In this document: in pieces, positions 1 to 12,902 of the stretch | Layout: every line of letters starts with the position of its first letter | Numbering within the stretch: position 1 is the stretch's first letter | Origin: an uncultured virus (IMG/VR IMGVR_UViG_3300033075_001676) | Taxonomy: Duplodnaviria > Heunggongvirae > Uroviricota > Caudoviricetes | Virus record (IMG/VR): IMGVR_UViG_3300033075_001676 | Strand: one strand, 5' to 3' | DNA length: 64,000 bases | Program-made: the position numbers and the translations under genes | Notes under the pieces: generated by a model | What the model saw: the letters and a program-made list of their open reading frames with translations, nothing else | Databases searched by the model: none | What the model was told of the DNA's origin: nothing

Positions 1-1
1 T

Positions 2-1719
2 TTTCATGGTTCTCCTAGTGGATGGTTTGATTATTATAAAATATATAATGAAAAATCACCAGAAAATTATGTATGGTTTAACTTAACAACTAATATTACA
101 ACTTTAAGAGCTCAAGATTATATGGCCTTTCAGTTTGGAGTTGATTTTACATATATAAAACTTAATAAATATAGAGCTTTTGTTCGACAAACTAAAGAAC
201 TTTATAGTTTATTTTTAGATTAATGTATATTTTTAGTAAAAATCTTTCAGGTCCCTATAATCCATACTTTGATTTATTCTATAGCATTTATAAGTATAAT
301 AAATTTACCCAACTGATAGATGTTCCAAATTTTATCTTTTGTAGAAGATCTACAGATAATCCTTTTGATTATTGTTTAAATTTCTTTTATAGGAATGAAA
401 ATTCTTCTTATTTAGATCTTGTATCTCCTTTGCCTAGACCTTCAGCGGAACTTTTAAAGTTGTGGTTAAATGAATAAATTTTTTAAATATAATAATCAGT
501 ATGCGATCTTTGTTGATAATAATTTTTATCAGAATACTTTACATTTTTGGTTTCCCTATATCTTTTTTAAATTTAGAAGTCAATACAATACTAGAATAGT
601 AAATTTAATTTCATCATCAGAATGTATTAGATCTATTTCAAATACTCTTTATTTTGATTTTGTTGGAGCTTATGAAAAATTTCATAGAAACTTAATTAAA
701 GATGATTACCTTTAAAAAATATGAGCCCGGCTGGGTTACTTTAAGAATTCATTATAAAGGTTCATGTTTAATGATGGGACCTAGCTTAAATGACAGGCAT
801 CTTAAGCCCTTTTCAGTTGCACTTGGAATTCCAGGATATGGAAGAATTTCATTAGTCACCTTTCATAATCCAAATGGATGGTGGGACTTATCAAAATTTG
901 CTATTCAACTATATAAAAATTTAGGAGTTACAGATGATCTATTTATCAAAAATTAGACAACATTGGCTTTCTAACAGGAATCAAATAAGAGGTAGTTACC
1001 GAGGATATAGAATCTCTGTCAGAAATGATTCGGGGTTAAATAGACTCTTAGAATTTAACCATGAAGTTTTAATTAGCATTTCCTCCATTCCCTGGATAAG
1101 TAAGCATAATTTGCATTATTATCCTAATTTAGATTGGTGTATTACAACACTTTGGAAAGAATTTAATGGTGTACTTCCAAAAACTTGATGGTTCCTATAA
1201 CTTTTATAATCCTTATGCTTGGTTTAGGATTTCCTCAAATTTAAAGAAAACTAATCATATAGATTTAACTGCTGTCGCTGTTAATGGGAGATTTAGTTTT
1301 AGAGTTTCTGAGTTTAAAAATGAAATGATGAGTATTTGTTTATGCTGTTTTTCTAAAGATTTTAAGCCCAATAGAACAGATATTAGTCAGGGTGCCGCCT
1401 TAACAAAAAGATTATTTTATGATCTTGTTCTGAAATTAAATTAATGATTCTTTTTCAAAAACTTACTAAAAAAGTAGAAGGTTTTTCAGACTACTATAAT
1501 CCTTTTTATAGAATAGTAGATGAGAAATATACTTTAAAATCTTCTTTAATTTTTGCATCTTCTTATAATAAAATTGGTTGGGGTGAGTTAATTAGAACTG
1601 AAGCTGCTTATTTAAGTCTTTTAAAAAGATATTATTGTTTAACTAGTAAAAAATATATACATAATATCTGTCTTGATACTCCCTTAACTGAAGTTTATAC
1701 AATGCTAGGTTTATTATAA
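2..1719 (+). CDS. Tandem array of small (81-92 aa) Tyr/Phe/Trp-rich hypothetical ORFs: partial 2..223, 223..477, 470..715, 702..956, 934..1188, 1166..1444, 1444..1719
   Basis: Overlapping stop/start codons; shared N-terminal motif (F-x-K...YNPY/F) in 223, 1166 and 1444. Confidence 0.7.
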
Positions 1720-1729
1720 AACTACTGAT

Positions 1730-3781
1730 ATGGATACTATAATTAACAATTCTACCCTTACTTTAGAAGTAATTCTAAATGCTGCTAAAATTCTGAAGAC
1801 TGAGTTTTTTGGAATTGATTCTCAATTAGATACTTTTATTAGAAAGATTACTCCCTTTCTTTTAAATCCTGGTAATTATAGTAAAAATCCCTATATTGTA
1901 AATCTTTGGGGCCCTACTGGAACTGGAAAAACAGCTCCAGTTAAAAGATTCTTTGAACTAATTAAAGAAGAATACTACCATTTTGATATGGGAGATTTTG
2001 TATCCAATGGAGCTGACTTCCGAAATACTATGGAAGAAGTTATGGAGCATATTGGACCAAAAACTATTTTTGTACTGGATGAGCTTCAATTTCTAAGGAC
2101 TATTGATGAAACTGGTAAGGAAATTAAATCTCCTGCATCTAGAGCAGTATGGGAATTGTTAGATAGTGGAGTAATTTCTCAAAATACTTTTTCAGTTTGG
2201 GATACTGAAAAAGCTAAGGATATTTTAGCCAGAATTAAATATATTCTTAATAAGACTCAAGAGATTAATAATAATGTTATTATTAAAAGCTCCTTAATCT
2301 CTGATTTGCCTGTTAAGGTAACTACAGAGAAAGAAGAATCTAAAAAGAAACTTCCTAATTATGTAATCAACCTTTCAGCTATGTGTACTTTGGCTAAAGG
2401 ATTTCCTAAGAAGTTTAAGGAACTAATTCCTGAAAGTGAAGAGTTTATAAATCTAATTAAGAATAGCTGGTTCTCTTCAAAAGATGCTTTAGATGGTAGA
2501 TCTATTGAGCAGGATTTCTTTGAAGAAGTCTTTTGCAAGATTCCTGCTTTCTCAGATCCAGCAGCTATGCTTACATGGCTAGGAAATTTAGAAACAGGTG
2601 TTACACTTCAGACAAATTTTAGTTTTAAGCCTGTTTTGATTATCAATATTGGTAATATTGATGAAGCCTATCCTAATGTAAACCATATTACTACTGCTGA
2701 TTCAATTGAAGCAATTTATAAAGATTCTTTAGTTGTTACTTTAAATGATGTAAAGAATGCATTACATAAGAGATTTAGAGCTGAGCAAGTAGCTAGACTA
2801 GGCCATAATCATATTTTATGGCGTAATCTAGATAGGAATGCTTTTCAAAAGCTTTTTGATCGGACGGTAAAAGAAGCATTGGATCAAGATTATGTTTTCC
2901 ATAAGCAAACTATTATTCTTAATCCAGAACTTAAAGAAATTCTATTTGAAGAGCTGGTGTCACCTAGTCAAGGAGCAAGATGTATTTTAACCGGAGTTCA
3001 TGGAATTTTAACTTCTTTACTTCCTGAAATTCACTATGAATTTGCTGATGAAAAAGAGCCTATTGTTTTAGGAATTCATTTTGCAGATAATGGAGAATTT
3101 TTAGTTGTAAATGGTAAACCTACTAAGATTATAATTAATCTAGAAGTAAAAAGGAGATATATTCCTCATGCTACTTTAGAAGATTGTTTAGCTACTGCAG
3201 TTCATGAAGCTGGGCATGCCGTTGTAGGAGCTCAAGTTTTCCAAAAGCCTCCAATGCATGTAAGTTTGACTATGGGTAACTCAATTTCTGGGCAAGTTAA
3301 TTTTGACCAAGTAAGATCTAATGTTCAAGACAGGCATAAAGAAATTATGCTTACTTTAGCTGGGATTGAAGCTGAGAAAATGATCTTTGGTAAGAACTTC
3401 ACATCTCTAGGAGGATCTTCTGATTTTTCTAAGATCTCAAAACTAGCTTTAACTTTATATACAACTTCTGGAATTCATTCTAATATTGATATTGGAAATC
3501 CTAACTCTACACCTATTGGAAGTCATAATCTCCTATGGTTAAGTGGATTTTTATGGACTGTAATTCCTAGTATTAAAGCTAAACTATTAGTTAAAAAATT
3601 ACGTGGAAAAACTAGAAAAATATTAAAAGAGAATAAGACTTTCTTATTAGAGTTTGCACAACTTTTAGCAGCTCAAAAATCTTTGAGTAAAAAAGAATTG
3701 GAGAAAATATTCTCAAATAACTTTGCATTTAAAGCAGAGTTTAAAAGTTTTAATCCACTTTTAGATATAAAAAAGAAATGA
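1730..3781 (+). CDS. Soluble AAA+ ATPase (Clp D2-like) fused to an M41 (FtsH-type) zinc peptidase
   Basis: Walker A GPTGTGKT, Walker B FVLDE, Clp-like RFRAEQVARL and QGAR motifs; HEAGH zinc motif, LAGIEAE and GGSSD typical of M41; no N-terminal TM helix. Confidence 0.85.
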   Translation: MDTIINNSTLTLEVILNAAKILKTEFFGIDSQLDTFIRKITPFLLNPGNYSKNPYIVNLWGPTGTGKTAPVKRFFELIKEEYYHFDMGDFVSNGADFRNTMEEVMEHIGPKTIFVLDELQFLRTIDETGKEIKSPASRAVWELLDSGVISQNTFSVWDTEKAKDILARIKYILNKTQEINNNVIIKSSLISDLPVKVTTEKEESKKKLPNYVINLSAMCTLAKGFPKKFKELIPESEEFINLIKNSWFSSKDALDGRSIEQDFFEEVFCKIPAFSDPAAMLTWLGNLETGVTLQTNFSFKPVLIINIGNIDEAYPNVNHITTADSIEAIYKDSLVVTLNDVKNALHKRFRAEQVARLGHNHILWRNLDRNAFQKLFDRTVKEALDQDYVFHKQTIILNPELKEILFEELVSPSQGARCILTGVHGILTSLLPEIHYEFADEKEPIVLGIHFADNGEFLVVNGKPTKIIINLEVKRRYIPHATLEDCLATAVHEAGHAVVGAQVFQKPPMHVSLTMGNSISGQVNFDQVRSNVQDRHKEIMLTLAGIEAEKMIFGKNFTSLGGSSDFSKISKLALTLYTTSGIHSNIDIGNPNSTPIGSHNLLWLSGFLWTVIPSIKAKLLVKKLRGKTRKILKENKTFLLEFAQLLAAQKSLSKKELEKIFSNNFAFKAEFKSFNPLLDIKKK

Positions 3782-4149
3782 AATTGATTGTTTTATTGGG
3801 AAGTCTAGTAACTATGATAAGTTCGTTTTTTTGTCTAGCTCCACTTTTGGAAAAGCCAGCTATAGTTGAAGTTCCAAAATTAATGGAAGATTTCAGTAAG
3901 TCTCATAAAATTATTGTCTATAATAATGACTTTAATACATTTTCTGAGGTTACTAGAATATTGTGTACTGCTTTAGGTATCAATGCTGATTCTGCAAGAT
4001 TTTTTACTTTTGAAATTGATCAGAAAGGATTAGCAGATGTCTATTGGGGTAGTGAAGAAGATTGTATTGCTAAAGCTGAAATTATCAGTTCTATTGGTAT
4101 TACAACTGAAGTGACCGAAGCTGAGTGGTGTGGAAAAAATGAGTTCTAA
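3778..4149 (+). CDS. clpS: ClpS-like N-end-rule adaptor
   Basis: IIVYNNDFNTFSEV...EIDQKGLADV resembles the ClpS core (VILxNDDxT...VHxxGxAxV); start uncertain. Confidence 0.8.
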   Translation: MKLIVLLGSLVTMISSFFCLAPLLEKPAIVEVPKLMEDFSKSHKIIVYNNDFNTFSEVTRILCTALGINADSARFFTFEIDQKGLADVYWGSEEDCIAKAEIISSIGITTEVTEAEWCGKNEF

Positions 4150-5391
4150 TTATAAACAAACTTTAATTAATGAAATGGTTGAATTACTTGCTTTAACTAT
4201 GGTTGATGAGCAAGTAAATGAATTGAAAGATTTGGAATCTACTTTTGTTACAAACTTTTTAATTCAAAAGTCTTTTTCTCCGCTAGGAATGCAAGATCCT
4301 AAAACTCAAAGAAAATTGTACTTAGGAAATAGCTATATTCATGATTTAAATCCAACTGAGCAGAAGAATGTTTTGCTTGATGCTTTTGAAAATAAAAGTT
4401 TGATTTATGCTATCTTGAGATCACCTCAAGTACCAGATTTAGGTAAACCTGTTCCCAGTGCGGAAAAAGTTCAAAGTGAGAAGTTAGCCCAACAACAATC
4501 TCCCCTTAATCAGGATGTTGTAATGGGAAAACTTTTGGATATGTTAGGTTTTCCCGAATACCCAAACTTAGGAGAAAATAATAACAATGAGTTCCCCGAT
4601 GGCCCTTCAAATACCTGAACCTCGTAAAGTATATATGAGCGTAGTTGCAACCCCTAATAGGCTTGCAGATGGCTCAGAAAACCCTAATGCTTGCAGCGTA
4701 ACAATTACTGTCCAAGGTGAAGAGAAAGATCGAACTGTAATGCATGAGTCATTAAGTGATTTGATTAATATCATTCCTACAATGATGGACTTGCATGGTT
4801 TTGATTTAATTTCACTTCTTAAAATTGGGCCTTGCCTGGTATTTTTGTTAGCTCTGGATCTTCAGAATCATAAGAAAGATGAAATAAAAATTCTTGATGC
4901 TAGAGGATTTAATTGGAACTCCCTGAAAAGGTAGATATTAGCTGTTCCAAGGGAGTGTTTAAATGTTCTAATAGTTTAACTATGTCAGGCTATGACCTTA
5001 GTTTCATAGTTTCTAAAAAATTTTATTATATGTGTGAAGTTAATAAATATAATAACCTTAGTAGTAAATATTTTTATTATTCTGTAACTAGGAATGGTAA
5101 AACTATAGATAATATTGTAATAAATTAATGGATAAAAGTAAATTTAAAAGATTGGGAGATTTTACCTCCTGTGCTCACCCAATGGGTAGCCAATATATCA
5201 CTAGACTTCAATATCACGGTGAAGTTCAAATTTTGACCTGTAGTGGATCAGTTTACACTACCCACCTTGGAGATCAAGGAGTAATTGAAGGAAAGTTTCT
5301 TCATTTTGAAGATAGAAGTGGAGAAATCCATACTATTAACTTAGATGAAGTTGAAACTCTGAATACTCATTTAGGATATAAAGAAGTTTAA
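4130..5391 (+). CDS. Hypothetical proteins 4130..4618, 4587..4934, 4913..5128, 5128..5391
   Basis: Contiguous coupled ORFs, no recognised motif. Confidence 0.6.
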
Positions 5392-5461
5392 ATGATTAAA
5401 GTTGCACTCTGGTACACCTTCTACATGTAATATAACTATAGCAAAAGTAGTTATTATTAAT

Positions 5462-6697
5462 ATGAGTAAAAATCATATTAAATGCTTAGCTGAAGGGACA
5501 AATCTTTTGATGTTTGATGGATCTATCAAAAGTATAGAAAATATAAATGAAACTGATTTATTAATGGGAGTTGATTCTAATCCTGTAAATTTAGTTGCCC
5601 TATCTAGGGAGTTTGGGCAACTATATGAGATAAAGCCCATAAAAGGTATTTCTTGTATATTTGGTGAAAACCATTTACTTCCTCTTTATTTTTCTAAAAA
5701 ACATAATAAAATAAGAGTTGGTAGATATAAATTTCCCCATAAAACTAAAAAATATAATTATGGCGATTTTAATGATCTAAATATTGAAAAACTTTACCAA
5801 GAATCAAATCACGTTAGGCATCATGCCAAGATTTGGAAAATCGGAGTAGAATTTCATTCTCAAGACACGCCTATTGATCCCTATATTTTAGGCCTATGGC
5901 TAGGAGATGGACATTCAAAGATCGCTGCATTAACTAGTATGGATCAGTGTATTATAGATATCTGGAAGGAGGAAGGGAATAAAAGAGGATTAAAATGCTC
6001 TACTTATACTCAAAAGAATAGTAAAGCTCTAACATTAAGATTTAGTGATCCAACTGTAAAAGATAATCGAAAACTTGATAATAATCAAATCAGTGAAATT
6101 AAAACAAAAATACTTTTAGGAATTCAATCTCTATCACAAATTTCTAGGGATTACAATGTTGGAGAAACATTGATTGGAGATATAAAAGCTGGTAAATCTT
6201 TTAAAAGTAAACATATTAACGACTCAGATACAAGATCATTATATATTGATTTACAAAAACTGAATCTTATTAGTAATAAACATATTCCACAAATATATAA
6301 AATTAATGATAGGGAATCAAGACTACAGTTATTGGCTGGTTTAATTGATAGTGATGGTACAAGAAATAAAGATTCTAATTATCTATCATATTCGACTAAA
6401 TTATATTCTCTAGCAGAAGATGTTGCTTTTTTAAGTAGATCGTTAGGCTTTAATTGTAATATTAATTCTGTCAGAAAAACTTGTATCAATACTGGAGCGG
6501 TAGGAAATTATTATAATGTTGGAATTTCTGGCTCCACTGAAATTATTCCCATGAAACTTGAAAGAAAATTATGTATAGCTTCAGACACTAGAAAGAAAAA
6601 TATTAATGGAGTTAAAGATATAATTCTTAGATCAGGATTTTATTACAAATTTAATAGCAGAACAAACATTTTATTAGAGGATTTTACTGTAATTTGA
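5462..6697 (+). mobile_element. Free-standing Hint + LAGLIDADG (intein-derived) endonuclease
   Basis: CLAEGTNLLMFDGSIKSIENI (PI-SceI-like block A), PYILGLWLGDG and LLAGLIDSDG motifs; ends DFTVI-stop without His-Asn; probable ATG at 5462. Confidence 0.85.
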
Positions 6698-7284
6698 GTA
6701 CTTTAAAAGTTGCCTTTTCGGGAAGCGCTGGAATGGGAAAAACTACATTAGCACTCTCAGTAGCTGCTCAACTTCCTAAACTGAAGCATCCAAAACTTAG
6801 AAATATAGAGATTGTTCCAGAATATGCCAGAGAGTATATTAACAAATATGGTTTGATGGATCATGTTGCTGAACAATTGTTAATGTTTCATAAGCAATTA
6901 GAAGCTGAGACTTATCATCCCAAGACTGTAGATCTTATTCTTTGTGATAGTCCTATTTTCTTGGGGTATAAGTATGCTACTGATCTTCATAAAGGTGATG
7001 TAAAGTCTACTAAATTGTTAAATGAATTATTTAATAATATAAATAATTTGTATACTTTTAAACCTCATTATGATCTATTGTTTCATATTGCTCCTAAATT
7101 AGAAGTTACTTCTGACGGTACTAGGCGAATGGAACATCTGGACAATAATTGGATTATTACTGCAGATAAATCTATTGAGGGATTAATTTTAAATTTAAGA
7201 CAGCCTTATAAATTAATTACTTCAACAGATTTAAATGAAAGAGTTGATTACTGTTGTGCAGAAATTCTAAAATTAGTAAGCTAA
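6694..7284 (+). CDS. NadR-like (AAA_28) P-loop kinase/ATPase
   Basis: FSGSAGMGKTT, PEYAREY, LILCD, DGTR motifs. Confidence 0.8.
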   Translation: MSTLKVAFSGSAGMGKTTLALSVAAQLPKLKHPKLRNIEIVPEYAREYINKYGLMDHVAEQLLMFHKQLEAETYHPKTVDLILCDSPIFLGYKYATDLHKGDVKSTKLLNELFNNINNLYTFKPHYDLLFHIAPKLEVTSDGTRRMEHLDNNWIITADKSIEGLILNLRQPYKLITSTDLNERVDYCCAEILKLVS

Positions 7285-8996
7285 TGGACTATAGATTTTG
7301 GAAACATTTAGGCCAATCTTATCATTATTATATTACTAAAAATGATATAACTTTAGAATTTTATGCTGTCAATTCAAATTATATAAACTGTTATTTATTA
7401 GCTTCTAAAACTGCTGCTTATGATTTTAGATCATTATATAATAATAAGACACTCTTATGGGCTTACCAAGACTGGTTTAATAAGTTTATAAAATAATTAT
7501 GTATTATGTAAAGAAAGGATATGAGGATGGAAGATTTTTTAGTGTTTATCATATAAATACTAAAGTTCAGTTTAGAACTACTCATTCACTTCTTTCCTAT
7601 ACTTATGGATTACGCTCTGATAACTGTTTTGTCATGCTGAATACTCATGGAAAGTACATAGCATCATACGGATCAACTCTTAGTCATGCTAAATTAGTAA
7701 GTAAATTTCTTGAAGAATAAAATAATGGAATATTATTTAAAGCAATATGGTTGGGATGGCCAAGCAAAAAAATTAGTTGCTCTAAATAACTATTCAACTT
7801 CAATTCAATTTAGGATTCTCAGTAGTCATAGACATTATTTTAGTATAAAAAATACCTACTATCCTAATGATATTGGATTTTTTTATCCTTTTAATTTTGA
7901 ACAAAGAAATTATTCTATCTATTGTAAATGCTTACTTAATTTCTTATGAAATACATTTTAGACCCAGAAACAGCAATAAGTATTTTTAATATTGAAACTA
8001 ATGAAGTAGGTTTTTATTTTGGCTTAAATGAAGATATAAAATATCATATAGCTTTCCTAAACATCCTAGATCTAACAGAATGTGCAATACTTACTTCAGA
8101 GTCTAGAAACATCAACTGGAGGATTTCTGGATTATATGGTAGTTGTATGCCTAATTATATTAGGCTAGCAAATCTTTTTTTGAATGCATAAATTACAGCT
8201 AAACTTTCTATATCCTAATGATTTTATGATTCAAAATCTTTGGAATAAGGCATATCTATATTTTTGTGATGATATATGGGAAGTATATGAAAATAATAGT
8301 AATTGGGCTAGCTTAGGTTGGCCTAAGGGTTTTGATATAGGATTAAAAAGAGTAAACAATTATCCTTATTTTGTTCAAAAGTTTCTAGAGAATCCTTATG
8401 TTGTATGAAGGTAATTGTTATTTAGAAATGGCCCTATTTAGAAATGGTGGGGTTTTGAATCAAGATTTTACTTTTGACGATTATTTTATCCATAACAAAA
8501 AAGTCTATAAAATAAGAATTCTAGGATCAACTCAATGGTCACATTGGTCAGGACTTTGGCAAACTGTTGGAGAACATTTCTTTAATATTGTTGATTTGGA
8601 CTCTAATCAAATAGATTTACTAAATGCTTCTCAAAAAGAAATATTGAATGAATATAAAAAGAATATTCCAATTCCTATAGTTCGTTTTCCAAAAATGTAA
8701 TGAAAAAAAGAGATGGAAACTATCTTTTTCTAAGACTTAACCAATCTTATCAAATCTATCAGCCATTTAGATTTGAGAATAAACCTTACTTAGTTTATTT
8801 AGGTTATTCAAATCATGGTAGATTTGACTGTTCAATTCTTACTAGTTCTTATAGTATTCGAGATTCTAATCATATGAGACTTCCAGTTTATGATTTTAAT
8901 TTCCAGGGTGTCAGGAGAGGCTATGATATAGTTTTGTTAAAAGAGATGTTAAAAAGTGTTAAAATAGAGTTAAACTATTTTAAAGTTGAACAATAA
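7254..8996 (+). CDS. Array of seven small aromatic-rich hypothetical ORFs
   Basis: 73-100 aa, coupled ORFs, several ending in FL-type motifs. Confidence 0.65.
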
Positions 8997-8999
8997 TAA

Positions 9000-10340
9000 A
9001 TGATTTTTACGTTAGGCCCTAAATTACATATTACTGGGTTAAGTTCTAGTCAACTTGAAGAAGTAAAAACTTTATGTACTTTTAAAAATCCAGCTTGGAA
9101 AGCTTGGGAAAGACAGAATAATCTATATCCTAAATTTAAAAAGGAAGAACCAGACAAATATATTTTTACTTTTGAACAAAAAAATAATGAAATATATGTT
9201 CCTACCTATTTAAAAGCTGATTTAATTTTAAAGTTTAGACCTGATAAGGTGATTGATCGAAGGGTTGATCCAATTCTGAACATTAAGTTAAATAAAAATT
9301 TTGAACATAGAACTGGCCAAGAAGAAGCAGTAAATGTACTCTATAAAAATGAATATGGAACTTTAAGTGCTCCATGTGGTTCTGGAAAAACCACAATGGC
9401 TCTGAGTTTAATTCATAAATTAAATAGAAATGCAATAATTTTAGTTCATACTGATTTATTATTAAAACAAACAATTTTAGAAGTAAAAAATAAATTAGGA
9501 GTTGAAGCTGGGATAATTGGAGGTGGTAAATGGGATATAAAACCTATTACTGTTGCAACTGTTCAGACTTTAGCTAGAAGAGATCTTAGTGAAATTAAAA
9601 AATATTTTGGTGTTTTAGTATCAGATGAAGTTCAATTTTTTGCAGCCCCTACATTTGTTAATGTTATCCAACAATTCCATGCTAAATATAAGTATGGGTT
9701 TAGTGCAACACCAACCCGTTCTGATGGCTTGGATGCTATTACTGCCCAGACTTTAGGTCCAGTAATCCATAAAATTGATACTTCAGTTCCTCAAAAAGCT
9801 GGAGCAACAATTAAACCTACTTATGAATTTATTGATACTCCTTATGTTCCAAAGCGGATTTATGATTCTTGGCAATTGCCTCAACATATAAATGCTTTAA
9901 CTAAGGATAAAAAAAGAAATGAATTCATTGTTCAGAAAATTAAAAAAGATTTAAAAGGTTTTACTTTAGTTCTGACTGATAGGATTGAGCATTTGGTTTA
10001 TTTGGAAAAAGAACTTCAATGTTTTAATCCTGAGGTCTACCATGGCAAACTAACAAAAAAAGAAAGACAAGCAATAAAAGAAAAATGGTTAAATAAATCA
10101 GTAAAACTGACTATTGCAACCGTTGACTCGTTGGGAGTTGGAACCGATGTACCTTTTTGGGAAGAGGTATGGTTAACAACTCCCACTTCAAATTTTAATA
10201 GGTTAACTCAAATAGCTGGTAGAGTTTCTAGAATGGTATTTGGAAAAACTTATGCAAAAATATGGGATTTTACAGATCCTAATGATCCAGTTTTAGCCCT
10301 AAAAGCTAAAAAGAGAAAGGAAATATATGAACAGCTCTGA
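9000..10340 (+). CDS. Superfamily 2 DExx helicase (UvsW/Rad25-like)
   Basis: APCGSGKT, DEVQ, SAT, QIAGRVSR motifs. Confidence 0.92.
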   Translation: MIFTLGPKLHITGLSSSQLEEVKTLCTFKNPAWKAWERQNNLYPKFKKEEPDKYIFTFEQKNNEIYVPTYLKADLILKFRPDKVIDRRVDPILNIKLNKNFEHRTGQEEAVNVLYKNEYGTLSAPCGSGKTTMALSLIHKLNRNAIILVHTDLLLKQTILEVKNKLGVEAGIIGGGKWDIKPITVATVQTLARRDLSEIKKYFGVLVSDEVQFFAAPTFVNVIQQFHAKYKYGFSATPTRSDGLDAITAQTLGPVIHKIDTSVPQKAGATIKPTYEFIDTPYVPKRIYDSWQLPQHINALTKDKKRNEFIVQKIKKDLKGFTLVLTDRIEHLVYLEKELQCFNPEVYHGKLTKKERQAIKEKWLNKSVKLTIATVDSLGVGTDVPFWEEVWLTTPTSNFNRLTQIAGRVSRMVFGKTYAKIWDFTDPNDPVLALKAKKRKEIYEQL

Positions 10341-10368
10341 GATTATTCAGGCAGGTAAATAAACAAAA

Positions 10369-10758
10369 ATGGCAGAAACAACAGAAATTGCTCTTAGTAA
10401 AGAAGACGAGCAAAGGTTTATGATGGTTGAGGGTGATGAAAATGATCCGGATCAGCTCCGAACCTTTGTCTTTAAACACCGACCCCATTATGGATTGTTG
10501 GCACCCCAAGCAGGCTCACTTTTAGTACCTGGTTTGAGTATGGCAGCTTTTAATCCTATTTCACTTCCGCATATGCGACTTATGCGTGAAGGAGATTCTA
10601 TTATTGTAGAATCGGATCCCGATGATCCAGTGTATAAGGTTTGGGCTCCACCCGAAGAGTTTCAAATTAGCAAAGGTTATCGAGAACTCTTTACCGTTAA
10701 GAACACGGCTCGAGATGCTCTTGATTTCCCTATTGCAGTGTTTGAAAGAGCACTGTAA
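10369..10758 (+). CDS. Hypothetical protein
   Basis: 129-aa ORF followed by a terminator-like hairpin. Confidence 0.7.
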   Translation: MAETTEIALSKEDEQRFMMVEGDENDPDQLRTFVFKHRPHYGLLAPQAGSLLVPGLSMAAFNPISLPHMRLMREGDSIIVESDPDDPVYKVWAPPEEFQISKGYRELFTVKNTARDALDFPIAVFERAL

Positions 10759-10773
10759 GTAAGTTGAAGATAA

Positions 10774-10804
10774 AGCCCTAATAGAAATATTAGGGCTAAA
10801 TTTT
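10774..10804 (+). terminator. Probable intrinsic terminator
   Basis: Perfect 10-bp stem AGCCCTAATA-GAAA-TATTAGGGCT followed by AAATTTT; weak U-tract. Confidence 0.6.
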
Positions 10805-12887
10805 ATGAACTATCTTCAAAAAATTATAGAGTCTTCAACTCTATATTTCTATAACGGAAAGTATCTTGGAGGTATATATGGTTTCCACTTAGATTCTCCT
10901 AGTAAAGAAAAGAGAGGTCTATACTTCTATAAAAATCTATTAGGACTGTATGGATTTCATTTTAATAGTTCTCAGTATTTTAGTATTTGTCCTAAACTAA
11001 AAAAAGTATATATTAAGTCTTAATAAATATGTTTAGAGCTTTTTTGGCAGGTTATTGTATTGGGAACTCAATTGAATTAGAGTTTTGGGTAGATTGTGTG
11101 ATGCTTTGGGATAAAGTTCATTTCAAGGCATATAATTATCGTCCTGTAGTTGGGTATAAATATACCAGAGATGATAGAAGACTTATTAGTAAATGGTTAA
11201 AGGAAATTAAATATGAAATTTGTTCCTCATCCTAATTTAAGTAACACTGAAACAGATGTAGCTAGAAGAAACTATGAAGCTAGTAAGCCTTATTTAAGAG
11301 ATGGGTGGACTGTTGAGGAGCCAGATAAGCCTGGGTATTGGCTCTATGTTCCTTGGTGGCTAAATGTTTGTGAAGTACCTTATTGCTATCATTTAATTTG
11401 GTGCAAAAAAGGTACATATTGTACATATACTAATAATTGTAATGGTACTCATTTGGTAGATTCTGAGGTGGCAAGACAAGAAGGTGAAAGTTGGGGACCA
11501 GCCCCTGGAAATCTAGTTACCAGTCAGGTTGGTTATTGGAAATTTTTAGATATTCCTAAATTTATTGCTTTGATATAAAATGAAGTTAATAATAGAAGAT
11601 TATCATGATGGTTTCAAGATAGAGGGAAAAGCTTTTGGATTTTTTATCTTTAGCCCAGAGTTTGAACAAATATTTATAGGAGGCGGACCTGCATATTATT
11701 TCTTTTTAGGATCTAAATTGAATTTACCAACTAGTCGGGCAAGAATTAATACTTATAAAAAATTTATGTATAATTTTAAATGAAAACTTACTTTGGTTAC
11801 CAACAACCTTTTGGTTTCTTTGTGTTAAATCAAATATTATTAATTGTAACAGAAAAAACTATTACTATTACTAGATGTAAAGAATTATATGTCTATAAAT
11901 ACTACGATTCCAAAAAAATCATTAATCCTCCAAAAGAGTTATTAGAAGATTTTATAAAAAGTATATAAGTGTGCTTCTAGTATAGCTTTTAAATAAAATG
12001 ATCTACCTTAAATCTTATCATCAATATGATCCCTATAAATTAATCAATGGTAAGGTACCTTTTAAAAGTGTTGCTCTAGCTTTAGATGATTATATTAACT
12101 TGCCTGATTGCCGGCGCTTCACAGTATTTACATTACACTATTTTTTAGATAATTATAACTATGAGAAACCTCTTCTTGTTGATGCCTCTAAAGAAGCATT
12201 AACTAGATTTCTTCAATGAATAAATATAAATTAAGTACTGATGAAGATTTGTATTATATAACTAATTATAGATCTTTCTTTAGTTTGCAATTTACTTATT
12301 TTAAACATAAAGGCGGAGAAATAGAGAGTAGGTATTTTAATAATTATAGATGTACTTATTTAAGTGGACTAAGAAATTTTGGAAAACCTTATCCTATCTT
12401 TCATAATTCTTGTGAAGATTGGATACTTTTCTTAAAATAAAAAACCAGTTATGTATAAGTTTACTAAAAGTAGAATTTCCCCAGCTTATTGTCTTTTAAG
12501 TAAATTTAATAAATTAGAAGTATATCCTGGAATAGGAGGTACTGTTAGACTTATTGGAGTTTCTAATCAATGTTGGGAATATTATAATATTTATTGTACT
12601 ATTAATTGGTTCTCTAAAAAAGGTTTATGTTCTAAAGAAGAATTTATTAGACATCATCATTTATTTTTAAAATAATGTATAGATTTCAAAAATTTAATTA
12701 TAACTACTACAGCATCAGAAAAAGGTATGGTGATAATACTGATACTTTAAATCTATTAGCGAGAAATAAAAAAAAGTTCTGGTTTTTTTCTGAGATCAAT
12801 GATTATAAGTATGATGTCTCTTATGTTGAATTTATAATAGAGTTAAAAATCTCTAGAGAATATTGGATTAAAAAATTTATAGAATGA
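10805..12887 (+). CDS. Array of nine small aromatic-rich hypothetical ORFs
   Basis: 62-121 aa; paralogous starts MYKFTK and MYRFQK. Confidence 0.65.
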
Positions 12888-12902
12888 GTTATACTTAAAA
12901 TA

